A stretch of 64,000 nt of DNA from an uncultured Gemmatimonas sp. (GCA_964355025.1 CAYHCW010000001.1:8488-72487); one strand, 5' to 3'. Positions 43,292-51,008 are shown, counted from the stretch's first letter. Numbers and translations are program-made. The notes: generated by a model from the sequence alone, not told the origin.

Positions 43292-43732
43292 ATGAGCGAC
43301 TACGACGTGCGACTTGAGACCGACGCCGACTACCTCAACCTGCTGACGCGCAAGCTCTTCCATGCGGGCTTCGCGCAACGCGCGGTGAACGCCAAGTGGC
43401 CCGCCTTCGAGGCGGCCTTCATCGGCTTCGAGCCCATCCAGGTCGCGTGCATGGACGAAGACGACCTCGAGCGACTCGGGCGCAACCCGAACATCGTGCG
43501 CAACCGCCGCAAGCTGCGGGCGACCGTGAACAACGCGCGCCGGTTCTGTGAGGTGGCGGCCACGCACGGAAGCTGGCGGGCGTGGTTCATCGCGTCGCGC
43601 AATCAGCCCTACGAGTTGCGTGCCGAGGCGCTCCGGCAGAGCCTCGACCTCATCGGCCCGACGACGGCGTTCTACTTCATGCTCGAAGCGGGCGAAGCGA
43701 CGCTCGCTGACAAGCCGGAAGGCGTGCAGTAG
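43292..43732 (+). CDS. DNA-3-methyladenine glycosylase I (Tag)-like protein, N- and C-terminally reduced
   Basis: LFHAGFAQRAVNAKW.. FEPIQVACMDEDDLERL..NPNIVRNRRKLRATVNNARRF..GSWRAWF follows the Tag family core order (compare IIRHRGKIQA..NAR in E. coli Tag). Confidence 0.6.
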   Translation: MSDYDVRLETDADYLNLLTRKLFHAGFAQRAVNAKWPAFEAAFIGFEPIQVACMDEDDLERLGRNPNIVRNRRKLRATVNNARRFCEVAATHGSWRAWFIASRNQPYELRAEALRQSLDLIGPTTAFYFMLEAGEATLADKPEGVQ

Positions 43733-43787
43733 TCCGACGTCGCGCCCCACCGCCGAGGACCGTACATCCTCGACGGAACGGCGCGGC
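43728..43787 (+). repeat. Intergenic repeat copy 2
   Basis: Starts in the last sense codon and stop codon of the Tag-like gene. Same 20-nt head AGTAGTCCGACGTCGCGCCC, hairpin CGAGGA/TCCTCG, same tail GGAACGGCGCGGC. Confidence 0.6.
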
Positions 43788-43815
43788 GCCTGACTCGCCG
43801 CGAACGGAGGAACCT

Positions 43816-44436
43816 GTGAGCGACCGATTCCAAGAGACTGAGCGCGAGGGTGGCGAGTGCCCGTCGTGCGGTACGCCCGCCACATGGCGCGAGTGCTGCG
43901 AGTGCGACGAGGCGGCGTGGGTTATCGACTGCGGCCACTACGCGCAACCGCGACCGTTGGCGGCTGGACGGGTCGACGGATCCGAGGCGCATCGGACGTT
44001 CTGCGAGGCGCACGCCGAGCCGTTCGCCGACCCCGGCAAGGTCGATGTCCGCCCGACGCTCGCCAACTGCAAGGACTGCGGCGCCGAGCACGACGTGGAC
44101 ACGATGACGCTGCTCGCGGGCGACGTCGACACCTACCTCTGCAACGCCTGCGAGAACGAGCGCGAGCGGCCGAAGTACATCAACGTCTACAAGGTGACGC
44201 GGCACTACGGCGGCCCCGAAGAGGGCGGCTGGTGGTACGACGCCGGTGCTCCGCTCGCGAGCGTGCCCATCATGGACGGCATGGACACCGAGGCCACGCG
44301 CGAGCAACTCGCGGCGCACTTCGCCGGCGAGGCCTGCGGCGACATCGGCAGCGTGCTCGGCGGCGCCGAGGTGCACGTCACGCTCGAGCCGCACATGGCG
44401 ACGAGCTACCCGGCCACGCGGCCGCACTACGAGTAG
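43816..44436 (+). CDS. Cys-rich protein with conserved YGGPEEGGWWYD domain
   Basis: GTG start with a GGAGG RBS. N-terminal CxxC clusters (CPSCG, CCEC, CKDCG, CNAC). The C-terminal VYKVTRHYGGPEEGGWWYD motif is one I recall from uncharacterised phage proteins. Confidence 0.45.
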   Translation: MSDRFQETEREGGECPSCGTPATWRECCECDEAAWVIDCGHYAQPRPLAAGRVDGSEAHRTFCEAHAEPFADPGKVDVRPTLANCKDCGAEHDVDTMTLLAGDVDTYLCNACENERERPKYINVYKVTRHYGGPEEGGWWYDAGAPLASVPIMDGMDTEATREQLAAHFAGEACGDIGSVLGGAEVHVTLEPHMATSYPATRPHYE

Positions 44437-44439
44437 GAG

Positions 44440-44790
44440 ATGAGCGTGGACGACCTCGACCCGATGGACGCACTTCGGACGGTGCTCGCGGAGACCGACG
44501 ACCCGCCGACGCACTACCGCGGCAAGGTGCGCGCGGAGCCCTTCGTGCAGGGCGGCCACTACTGGCGCGAGCTCGACCCGGAAGAGGTGCTGCGCAAGCA
44601 CACGACGGAAGGCTCCGCGCACTTCGCTGGACTGGCCTACGTCGAGGACGAGCACGGCGAGCCGAAGCGCGGCTATCGCGAGCTACGCGGCGACCTCAAG
44701 GTATGGAAAGAGGGCGGGCGCATCTACCTCGGCCGCGACGCGGAGCGGTGGGAACTCGTGCCGCTTGACCTGTCCTTGGCGCGGCGCTAA
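44440..44790 (+). CDS. Hypothetical 116-aa protein
   Basis: The ATG is 3 nt after the upstream stop. Balanced composition. No motif recognised. Confidence 0.4.
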   Translation: MSVDDLDPMDALRTVLAETDDPPTHYRGKVRAEPFVQGGHYWRELDPEEVLRKHTTEGSAHFAGLAYVEDEHGEPKRGYRELRGDLKVWKEGGRIYLGRDAERWELVPLDLSLARR

Positions 44791-44813
44791 GTTCCCGTCT
44801 GGAGGTTCCACCG

Positions 44814-45071
44814 ATGGATGACACCCGTACCGAGGCGCAGCGCCTTCGTGACCTCGTCGAGGAGTTGCGCGGCCTCGGGCTCGACAAGGGCAAGGTTGCA
44901 AAGCGGCTCTGCGTGCACCCGACGACGCTGAGCCGCTACCTGGCGCGTGCTCGCGAGGACGACGGCGTCGAGCCCGTCGAGTCGCGCTACAGCATCGAGC
45001 CGAGCGCGCACGTCGTTGAGCTGGCGCGGCACGTCGTCGCCGAGGTCACGAGCGCGGCGGTGGCGACGTGA
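44814..45071 (+). CDS. HTH DNA-binding protein
   Basis: 85 aa. LDKGKVAKRLCVHPTTLSRYLARARE is a typical helix-turn-helix. Confidence 0.45.
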   Translation: MDDTRTEAQRLRDLVEELRGLGLDKGKVAKRLCVHPTTLSRYLARAREDDGVEPVESRYSIEPSAHVVELARHVVAEVTSAAVAT

Positions 45072-45310
45072 TGGCCCGCAAGCCATCGGGATGGACAGAG
45101 ACGCCGCCGACGGTGCCGGGGTGGTACTTCTTCGCTTGGCGCGTCACGCCGCCGCGAGATGCGGACGTTGATCCTGGGCCGTACTATCGCATCGCGCTCG
45201 TGGAGGCGTGGCGAAACGGTCGCAATGAGGTCGTCGCGCCGCCAACGCAAGGTGCGCCGTCGCGCGGCCTGTGGCACAAGGCCACGCTGCCACCCTTGCC
45301 GGCGCCCTGA
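45068..45310 (+). CDS. Hypothetical 80-aa protein
   Basis: ATGA-type overlap upstream. Trp/Pro-rich. No motif recognised. Confidence 0.35.
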   Translation: MMARKPSGWTETPPTVPGWYFFAWRVTPPRDADVDPGPYYRIALVEAWRNGRNEVVAPPTQGAPSRGLWHKATLPPLPAP

Positions 45311-45669
45311 TGGGCGTCGACTACGCCATCGCGTGCCTCGACTGCAAGCGGGCCGTCTACATCGACCGCATCGGGCGGGACATCGTGTACGCCCACGAGG
45401 CTCCCGACGGGACCGCCGACGAGCCGATGGTGCTTGCTGTGCCCGCCGACGAGCGCGAATGCGATGGCAGTCTCCTCAAGCCCGTGGTCACGCAGGGCTT
45501 GCTCGTCCTCGCCGAGGTGGACAGCGACCGAGACGCCGGCGAATGGGTCGCCATCTCCTCGTGGTGCAACGGCCACCCGTCGCCGTGCCGTCTCGTGCTC
45601 CTCGATGACGGGTGGGGCAATACGATGCACGCCGCTCGCGACGGGTGGCCGCCGATGGAGTCGTTGTGA
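45310..45669 (+). CDS. Hypothetical 119-aa protein
   Basis: ATG 45310 overlaps the upstream TGA by 1 nt. N-terminal CLDCK. Confidence 0.35.
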   Translation: MGVDYAIACLDCKRAVYIDRIGRDIVYAHEAPDGTADEPMVLAVPADERECDGSLLKPVVTQGLLVLAEVDSDRDAGEWVAISSWCNGHPSPCRLVLLDDGWGNTMHAARDGWPPMESL

Positions 45670-47291
45670 CCGACACTCCCCGCCGCATCGTCGCCGCGTT
45701 CCAAGGCTCCGAGCCGATGCCGTTCGACGGCACGATGGACTTGCCGCCCGAGACGCCGCTCTACGGCGACACGTTCGATGGCGAGGCGCTGACGCTCGGC
45801 GGCTATTGGCGGAGCATCGAGGAGGAGTACCGCACGCTCTTCGCCGTCGAAGATGCCATCGCCCGTGGGCATCTCGACGCGGCCACGCGAGAACGTCTAC
45901 AGGCCAAGGTCGCTGCGATTCGGGACCGTGACGACGGTGACCTAGGCGTCCTCCAATGGACCGTCGAGAACGCCGTGCCGCTCGCGAGGCACGCGAAGCT
46001 CGAGGCGCAGCTTTGGCGCATCCACGTCGCGACGCCGGGCGGCGAGGGCATCCCGCCCGAGGTCGTCGTGCTGCCGCCCGAAGCGCCGCCTGCGATGTCG
46101 GCGGCGAGCGCTGCCGTGCCAATGGTTGCGGTGACTTCGGATAATTCCGGCGAACGCCCACCCGCCGTGCGCGCCTGCGACGACCCCGGCCATCAACGCC
46201 GCGCCGTCCTTTCGCGCTGGGACAAGGACAACGAGCGCCCGACGCGCCAGGCCGTCGCCGCACTTGCGCGAGCGGGGCCGATGACGCCGCCCGAGGTGGC
46301 GCTCGCCGTCTGCATCAAGCTCCGCTACGCCTACAAGCTCTTGCGCCGGATGGTCGTGCGCGGCGAGGCCGTGAACCCGCGCTTCGGCGTGTACGCGCTC
46401 CCTGATACGCCCATGCCCGTCGAGAAGCTGCCGTCCGAGGTCGCGCGTGGGGCGGGACGGTCCGAGCGGCGCATGGCGACGATGCGCGCGGAGCGTGCGA
46501 CGACGGCAACCCCTGCAACAACGCCCAATGCGGACGCGTGCAACGGCAAGGACAACGACTGCGACGACGGCGACGCGTGCACGACGGACGCCTCGAATGA
46601 GGTCGTAAAACAGGAAACGCAGCCTCCCGGTGTCACGATTACCGAGGTGCCCACGTCCGCGTCCGACGACTCCGCTCCGAATGAGATTGAAAGGCCGCAA
46701 TCGCACGACGGCGACGCTGTAGCTCACTCCAACGCGCCGACGCCTGCGACGACGGCGACGAAGCGGCGCCGAGCCCGCCCGTGGACCACCGAGGACGACG
46801 CCGAGCTGCGACGCCTCGCGCCAACGAGTGCAACACGGAAGGTTGCCGCCACGCTCGAACGTGATTGGAAGGACGTCTCGCAACGGGCCGAGGTGCTCTG
46901 CGTATTCTTCAAGCGTGACCGCGATTTCTTCCGCCAGGAAGCGCAGAAGGATGAAGAGCGCGTCCACGACTTCGAGTCGGGCGAGTCGTCGCTCTGCGGT
47001 CTGGCAGAAGGGGACGTGTCCGCGCGCTTCGACTGCGTGCGACGAGGGCAACGCACGTCCGAGGCCGAGTGCATGGCGTGCTTCACGGACGCGCACCGGC
47101 GCGGGCATCTCTCGAAGCCCGCCGACCGCCAGCACGTCGCGTGGCGCTGCGCGCAGGGCGCAGCGCTGCGACTGCGCTACGCCTTCGAGTTGTCGCCGAC
47201 GCAGGGCACCATCGAGGCGCTGCTCGACTACTCGACGCTGAGCCCGGCGTGTCCAGAGCACAAGCGGGCGTGCCGGGCGCTCAGGGTGTGA
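45666..47291 (+). CDS. Multidomain DNA-binding candidate (wHTH + Cys/Asp motif + Myb/SANT-like)
   Basis: GTG 45666 (GTGA overlap). MTPPEVALAVCIKLRYAYKLLRRMVVRGEAV is wHTH-like. CNGKDNDCDDGDAC is MopE-type metal-motif-like. RPWTTEDDAELRRLA..VAATLERDWKDVSQRAEVL is Myb/SANT-like. Confidence 0.45.
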   Translation: MTDTPRRIVAAFQGSEPMPFDGTMDLPPETPLYGDTFDGEALTLGGYWRSIEEEYRTLFAVEDAIARGHLDAATRERLQAKVAAIRDRDDGDLGVLQWTVENAVPLARHAKLEAQLWRIHVATPGGEGIPPEVVVLPPEAPPAMSAASAAVPMVAVTSDNSGERPPAVRACDDPGHQRRAVLSRWDKDNERPTRQAVAALARAGPMTPPEVALAVCIKLRYAYKLLRRMVVRGEAVNPRFGVYALPDTPMPVEKLPSEVARGAGRSERRMATMRAERATTATPATTPNADACNGKDNDCDDGDACTTDASNEVVKQETQPPGVTITEVPTSASDDSAPNEIERPQSHDGDAVAHSNAPTPATTATKRRRARPWTTEDDAELRRLAPTSATRKVAATLERDWKDVSQRAEVLCVFFKRDRDFFRQEAQKDEERVHDFESGESSLCGLAEGDVSARFDCVRRGQRTSEAECMACFTDAHRRGHLSKPADRQHVAWRCAQGAALRLRYAFELSPTQGTIEALLDYSTLSPACPEHKRACRALRV

Positions 47292-47328
47292 CGGCCTCGC
47301 CCGTCATCGAATAAAACATTTATCACTA

Positions 47329-47374
47329 TCGCGCTAAAATACTTCGTGACAACGAATTAGCGCAGCGCTAATCT
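47329..47374 (+). promoter_or_regulatory. Operator/promoter: 17-bp palindrome ATTAGCGCAGCGCTAAT plus upstream half-site
   Basis: Palindrome at 47356-47372. GTGACA (47346-47351), a 17-nt spacer, TAATCT (47369-47374). Half-site TCGCGCTAAA at 47329-47338. 41 nt upstream of ATG 47414. Confidence 0.5.
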
Positions 47375-47413
47375 TAGGTCGTGGGTTGGAACTGCAACGG
47401 AACGGAGAACCGA

Positions 47414-47632
47414 ATGAGCCACTACCAGAAGACCATCGCCGAAGACCTCGCCAAGCTCGGCCGCGCCGACGTCGAGCCCAAGTTTGTCGAGGCCATCATG
47501 CGCGGCGAGTACGGCACGCTGGACCACCTCTCGCGGGCGAAGTTTGCCGCTGAGGCGCGCGTGGGCGTCGAGTGCTGGGACGAATGCGATGACGCGATGC
47601 GGCGCGAGATTCCCGCGTCCTACGGCCTGTAG
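47414..47632 (+). CDS. Hypothetical 72-aa protein
   Basis: ATG 47414 with a CGGAGAA RBS. MSHYQKTIAEDLAKLGR.. No motif recognised. Confidence 0.4.
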   Translation: MSHYQKTIAEDLAKLGRADVEPKFVEAIMRGEYGTLDHLSRAKFAAEARVGVECWDECDDAMRREIPASYGL

Positions 47633-47643
47633 AGGAGACGACG

Positions 47644-47868
47644 ATGAACCGCGATACGAAAATCAAGTGGTGGGACGTGGACGATATGGACGCGGGCGCC
47701 GTAGAAGAGGGCACGGCGGGCGACTTGCTCGACTACGACGAGACGGGCGAGATTGCCGATGCTCTCGCGGAACTCGACGCGGGCGCCGAGTACGCCCTCG
47801 TCGGCGGTGGCGCCGCGCCGTGCGTGCGTATCGAGTTGGCTGTCGACGACGGCGACGAGGAGGCGTGA
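47644..47868 (+). CDS. Small highly acidic protein
   Basis: 74 aa, rich in Asp/Glu (WWDVDDMDAGAVEEG..DDGDEEA). Confidence 0.35.
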   Translation: MNRDTKIKWWDVDDMDAGAVEEGTAGDLLDYDETGEIADALAELDAGAEYALVGGGAAPCVRIELAVDDGDEEA

Positions 47869-47870
47869 CC

Positions 47871-48464
47871 ATGGCCATCACGACCGGCTTCGCTGAGTTG
47901 GACCGCATCATCAACCCCACCGCGCCCGGACTGCCTACCGGGCTCATCTCCGAGGTCTACGGCGCGGACGCAGCGGCGCTCAATGCCGTGGCCGCCGCCA
48001 TCGTCAACCGTGGCGCCGTGGCCTTCGACTGCCGCGACTGGCCCGCTGAATCCGTCGCGCGTCGCGCCTCCGACGCCGTGCACGCTGGGCAGAGCGTCAT
48101 CATTGAGCACGTCGAGGCGTGGCGTGCGACGAGCTCCATTGAGCACGATGGGCCCGGTGACGCGCCCGACGTTTTACCAACCGACTGGTGCTACGCGAGC
48201 GAGCGCACGCTGTCGCGGTTTCTCCGCGCGCTCTCGCCACTCGCCACGCGGACGGGCGCCGCTGCGGTGTTCACGCGTTACGAGGTCGCCCGCCGACCCT
48301 ACACAACCGATGCGGCGGCCGCCGTCCTCGTGCGCCCGCTGCGCTTCTACGCGAGCGTTCGCGTCGAGTTGCGCCCGCTCGGCAAGCACTCGGTGCGAGC
48401 CTTCGTCAGCAAGAACAAGCTCGTAGCGCCGCACGAGACGCTCGACCTGCTCTACGTCAGCTAG
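47871..48464 (+). CDS. RecA-fold protein lacking the Walker A P-loop
   Basis: TTGFAELDRII..GLPTGLISEVYG aligns with RecA STGSLSLD..GGLPMGRIVEIYG. RFYASVRVELRP..FVSKNKLVAPHETLDLLY aligns with FYASVRLDIRR..VVKNKIAAPF..ILY. GPESSGKT is replaced by GADAAALN. Confidence 0.65.
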   Translation: MAITTGFAELDRIINPTAPGLPTGLISEVYGADAAALNAVAAAIVNRGAVAFDCRDWPAESVARRASDAVHAGQSVIIEHVEAWRATSSIEHDGPGDAPDVLPTDWCYASERTLSRFLRALSPLATRTGAAAVFTRYEVARRPYTTDAAAAVLVRPLRFYASVRVELRPLGKHSVRAFVSKNKLVAPHETLDLLYVS

Positions 48465-48541
48465 CGCGATTCCCGTTGACCCGCTACGCCAACCGCCGTA
48501 CCTTCAAGCCTTGCCATGGGCGCGCACATGGGCGCCTCTCC

Positions 48542-48823
48542 TCAGAGTTGTGGTTCTGCCTCGTCCTCTCGCGCTTCGCCCAATGACCGCTGCGAGAGGG
48601 CGAGGCCCCTTTCCTCCGTGATGGGCGTGTAGGGCGACCTCGGCTTGACGCGGCGCGGCAGCGGCGCCCCGGGAACGGCCAACTCGATGACCTCGTCGGC
48701 GCCGCACGTCGCGCAGTGATAGAGCGCGTGGCTTCCACTCGCGGTGACCTCGGCGCGGCCGACGGTGCAGCCGTTCGGGCACTTGGCGTTGACGTACCAC
48801 TCGCCTGAGTGCACCTCACTCAC
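48542..48823 (-). CDS. Small zinc-ribbon protein downstream of terminase
   Basis: 93 aa from GTG 48823 (GTGA overlap with the terminase stop). CPNGC .. CATCG. Confidence 0.4.
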   Translation of the reverse strand: MSEVHSGEWYVNAKCPNGCTVGRAEVTASGSHALYHCATCGADEVIELAVPGAPLPRRVKPRSPYTPITEERGLALSQRSLGEAREDEAEPQL

Positions 48824-50613
48824 CAGCGGTCGCGCCCGAGGTCCATGATGTCCTTGAGCTCCTCCCACATCTCCGACGTGTCCTCGAAGTTGCCCGCCCG
48901 GTGCACGGACGGCGACTCGCCGGCGTCGATGACCCGCTGAGCTTCGGCGGCGACCTCTTGCAGCGTCTCGATACCGCTGGACGAGCGGTGCTGACCTCGG
49001 ATGGCCATCTTGAGGTGGCGGACGGCCATCCAGAGCGACATCACCTCGTCGGCGGTGTGCACGCCCGGGGTGGGGTCGAAGAGCTGCAATCCTTCGACGA
49101 GTTGCGCCATGAGCGGATGCATCTCACCGTTCTCGTCGCAGGGAATCGCGAGGAGCCCGAGCATCATGTCCGAGGCCATGGAGTCGATGCCGTAGTCGGC
49201 GTCGTGCTTCTTGTCGAAGGTCGTGAAGCACGGCTCGACGTGCAGGCCCTTGGCGGCGGCTTGCTCGGCTATCCAGAGCTGCGCGGACACGGACTCGACG
49301 ACGAAGGTTGGCGGACGCGGATACTCCGGGTCGCGCTTGTCGGAGTAGCGTTCGTCGAGGTCACGGCACCGGGAGAAGAACTCGTGCGACGTCCACCGCG
49401 CGTCGGGCGCGTCGGTCTCGAGGTAGATGGGCGCCATGACGCCGTCGGGCGCTTGGAGGACGGGTACGAGCGCGTTCTTGTCGGCGTCGCGGACCTTGCT
49501 GAATGCGAGGTCGGCGCCGATGGCGATGCGCGCGCCTTCGGGCAAGCTGTCGACCTTGGAGCGGAGCTGCATGCCACGGCCCACGTCGAGCGCCTTCTCG
49601 ATGGCGCCGCGGAAGCGGTTGCCTTCCACGAGGCGGTTGCGGCGGCAGAAGAGCGCGCGCTTCCACGAGTTCGGTTGCTGCCGAATCCAGCGGCAGACGC
49701 GCTCAACGCTCCACCGCGCTGGCCAGTGCACCATGCCCGGCGCGGGCCCGGCGCCGCCCGAGTGCGCGTAGATTTGCCACGCCTCGATGCTGCCCGTGGC
49801 GACCGGCATCTCGTAGTGCGTCCATCCCTCGCGACTCGCCGACACGCTGGCCGCGTCGTTCTCCCACCATGCATTACAGAGGAACCAGATGCGGCCGTCG
49901 TCAGCGACGCGGCCCGCGAGCGTGTCCTCAATCTTGCCGAGCGTTTCCTTGCGCCGGTGGTCCGTGAGCGTGTTCTCGCGCGTGAGGATGTCGTCGAGGA
50001 TGAGGATGTCGAGGCGGGCACTGAGGATGCCCGAGTCGAGGCCGCACGCGCGGATGGACGGGTCCTTGCGGTTGAAGCCCGGCGCTTGGATGCGGTAGCC
50101 GTCGCGGCGGGACCACGGCTCGCCGGGCAGGATGGTTGGGAAGACCTCGTGGAAAGCGCGGTGGCCCTCAAACGGCGACGGCTCGATGTACTTTGACATC
50201 ATGGTCGCGATGTTCTGCGCGAGAATGGCCGTGCTGGAGAACGTGGCGATGGTCAACGACGGGTCGCGGCCGAGGAGCCACAAGGCGCAGATGGCGGCGA
50301 TGTTCGTCTTGCCGCACTCGACGGAGCCTGTCACGAGCACCTTGCGGAGGTCGGGCCGGTCGACCTGGAAGCCCGTCAGCTCGCGGATGAGCTGCGCGTG
50401 GTAGGGCTGGAGGTCGACGCGGGCGCCGGTGCGCTCGTCGCGCAGAACGTAATGCACGAAGGCGATGGGGTCGATGCGGCAGAGCTCGTGTCCGAGTGCG
50501 CGCCGCTTCGGGTCGTTATCGGAGAGGGCGAGGTCGAGCCGCAGGAGGTTGCGGCGGATGTCCTTCCACTCGGCGACGGCGGCGGGCGGGCCTCGGGGTG
50601 TTGCTGCGCTCAC
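48820..50613 (-). CDS. Terminase large subunit
   Basis: Walker A VTGSVECGKTN and Walker B LDILILDDI. The C-terminal half has acidic residues consistent with an RNaseH-like nuclease. 597 aa. Confidence 0.75.
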   Translation of the reverse strand: MSAATPRGPPAAVAEWKDIRRNLLRLDLALSDNDPKRRALGHELCRIDPIAFVHYVLRDERTGARVDLQPYHAQLIRELTGFQVDRPDLRKVLVTGSVECGKTNIAAICALWLLGRDPSLTIATFSSTAILAQNIATMMSKYIEPSPFEGHRAFHEVFPTILPGEPWSRRDGYRIQAPGFNRKDPSIRACGLDSGILSARLDILILDDILTRENTLTDHRRKETLGKIEDTLAGRVADDGRIWFLCNAWWENDAASVSASREGWTHYEMPVATGSIEAWQIYAHSGGAGPAPGMVHWPARWSVERVCRWIRQQPNSWKRALFCRRNRLVEGNRFRGAIEKALDVGRGMQLRSKVDSLPEGARIAIGADLAFSKVRDADKNALVPVLQAPDGVMAPIYLETDAPDARWTSHEFFSRCRDLDERYSDKRDPEYPRPPTFVVESVSAQLWIAEQAAAKGLHVEPCFTTFDKKHDADYGIDSMASDMMLGLLAIPCDENGEMHPLMAQLVEGLQLFDPTPGVHTADEVMSLWMAVRHLKMAIRGQHRSSSGIETLQEVAAEAQRVIDAGESPSVHRAGNFEDTSEMWEELKDIMDLGRDRW

Positions 50614-51008
50614 TCCGGGTCATCGGCGCCGTCGAGCGCCACGAGGTGAAGGCGGTCGGGTTCGGTCGCCAGTCGCATCGACTCGCCGCGGAGGTCGGCG
50701 AGCTCCGCGTAGAAGTCCTCGTAACGAAGGTGTCCGAGCATGCCCGGCGCAGCGCGGCGAACCACGAGCACGAGGCGCGCGGCCTGCACGTGCATCGTGG
50801 TCGGCTGCACGCCGCACCCCTTGCCGACGATGCCGTCGTCGCGGCGCGCTTGCGCCTTCCACCGCGTGAGCGTCTGCCGCGTGACGCCGAGCCACCATGC
50901 GAACTGCGCATCGGTCACGCCGAGACGGGCCTTGATGGCGCAAATCTCTTGCGCGGGTGTGACGCGCGGTGATTGCGTGGCGGCGCTTTCGCCAATGGCA
51001 GCGCTCAT
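50610..51008 (-). CDS. XRE-type HTH protein, small terminase candidate by position
   Basis: 132 aa with ATGA overlap to the large terminase. IKARLGVTDAQFAWWLGVTRQTLTRWK is an HTH. Confidence 0.4.
   Translation of the reverse strand: MSAAIGESAATQSPRVTPAQEICAIKARLGVTDAQFAWWLGVTRQTLTRWKAQARRDDGIVGKGCGVQPTTMHVQAARLVLVVRRAAPGMLGHLRYEDFYAELADLRGESMRLATEPDRLHLVALDGADDPE

Noticed and set aside
45184-47261. 359-aa and 439-aa minus-strand ORFs inside the plus-strand island.
   Set aside because: They are Arg/Pro-rich antisense frames. The plus-strand genes have RBSs, start-stop coupling and recognisable HTH/Myb-like motifs.
47289-47306. Hairpin TGACGG-cctcgc-CCGTCA after the 541-aa island gene, considered as a terminator.
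   Set aside because: The stem is only 6 bp and no T-run follows. It is too weak to call.
48465-48541. Expected bidirectional terminator between the convergent island and the terminase operon.
   Set aside because: Only a 5-bp GGCGC/GCGCC stem and a direct repeat CATGGGCGC x2 are present, with no T-runs. No terminator can be supported.
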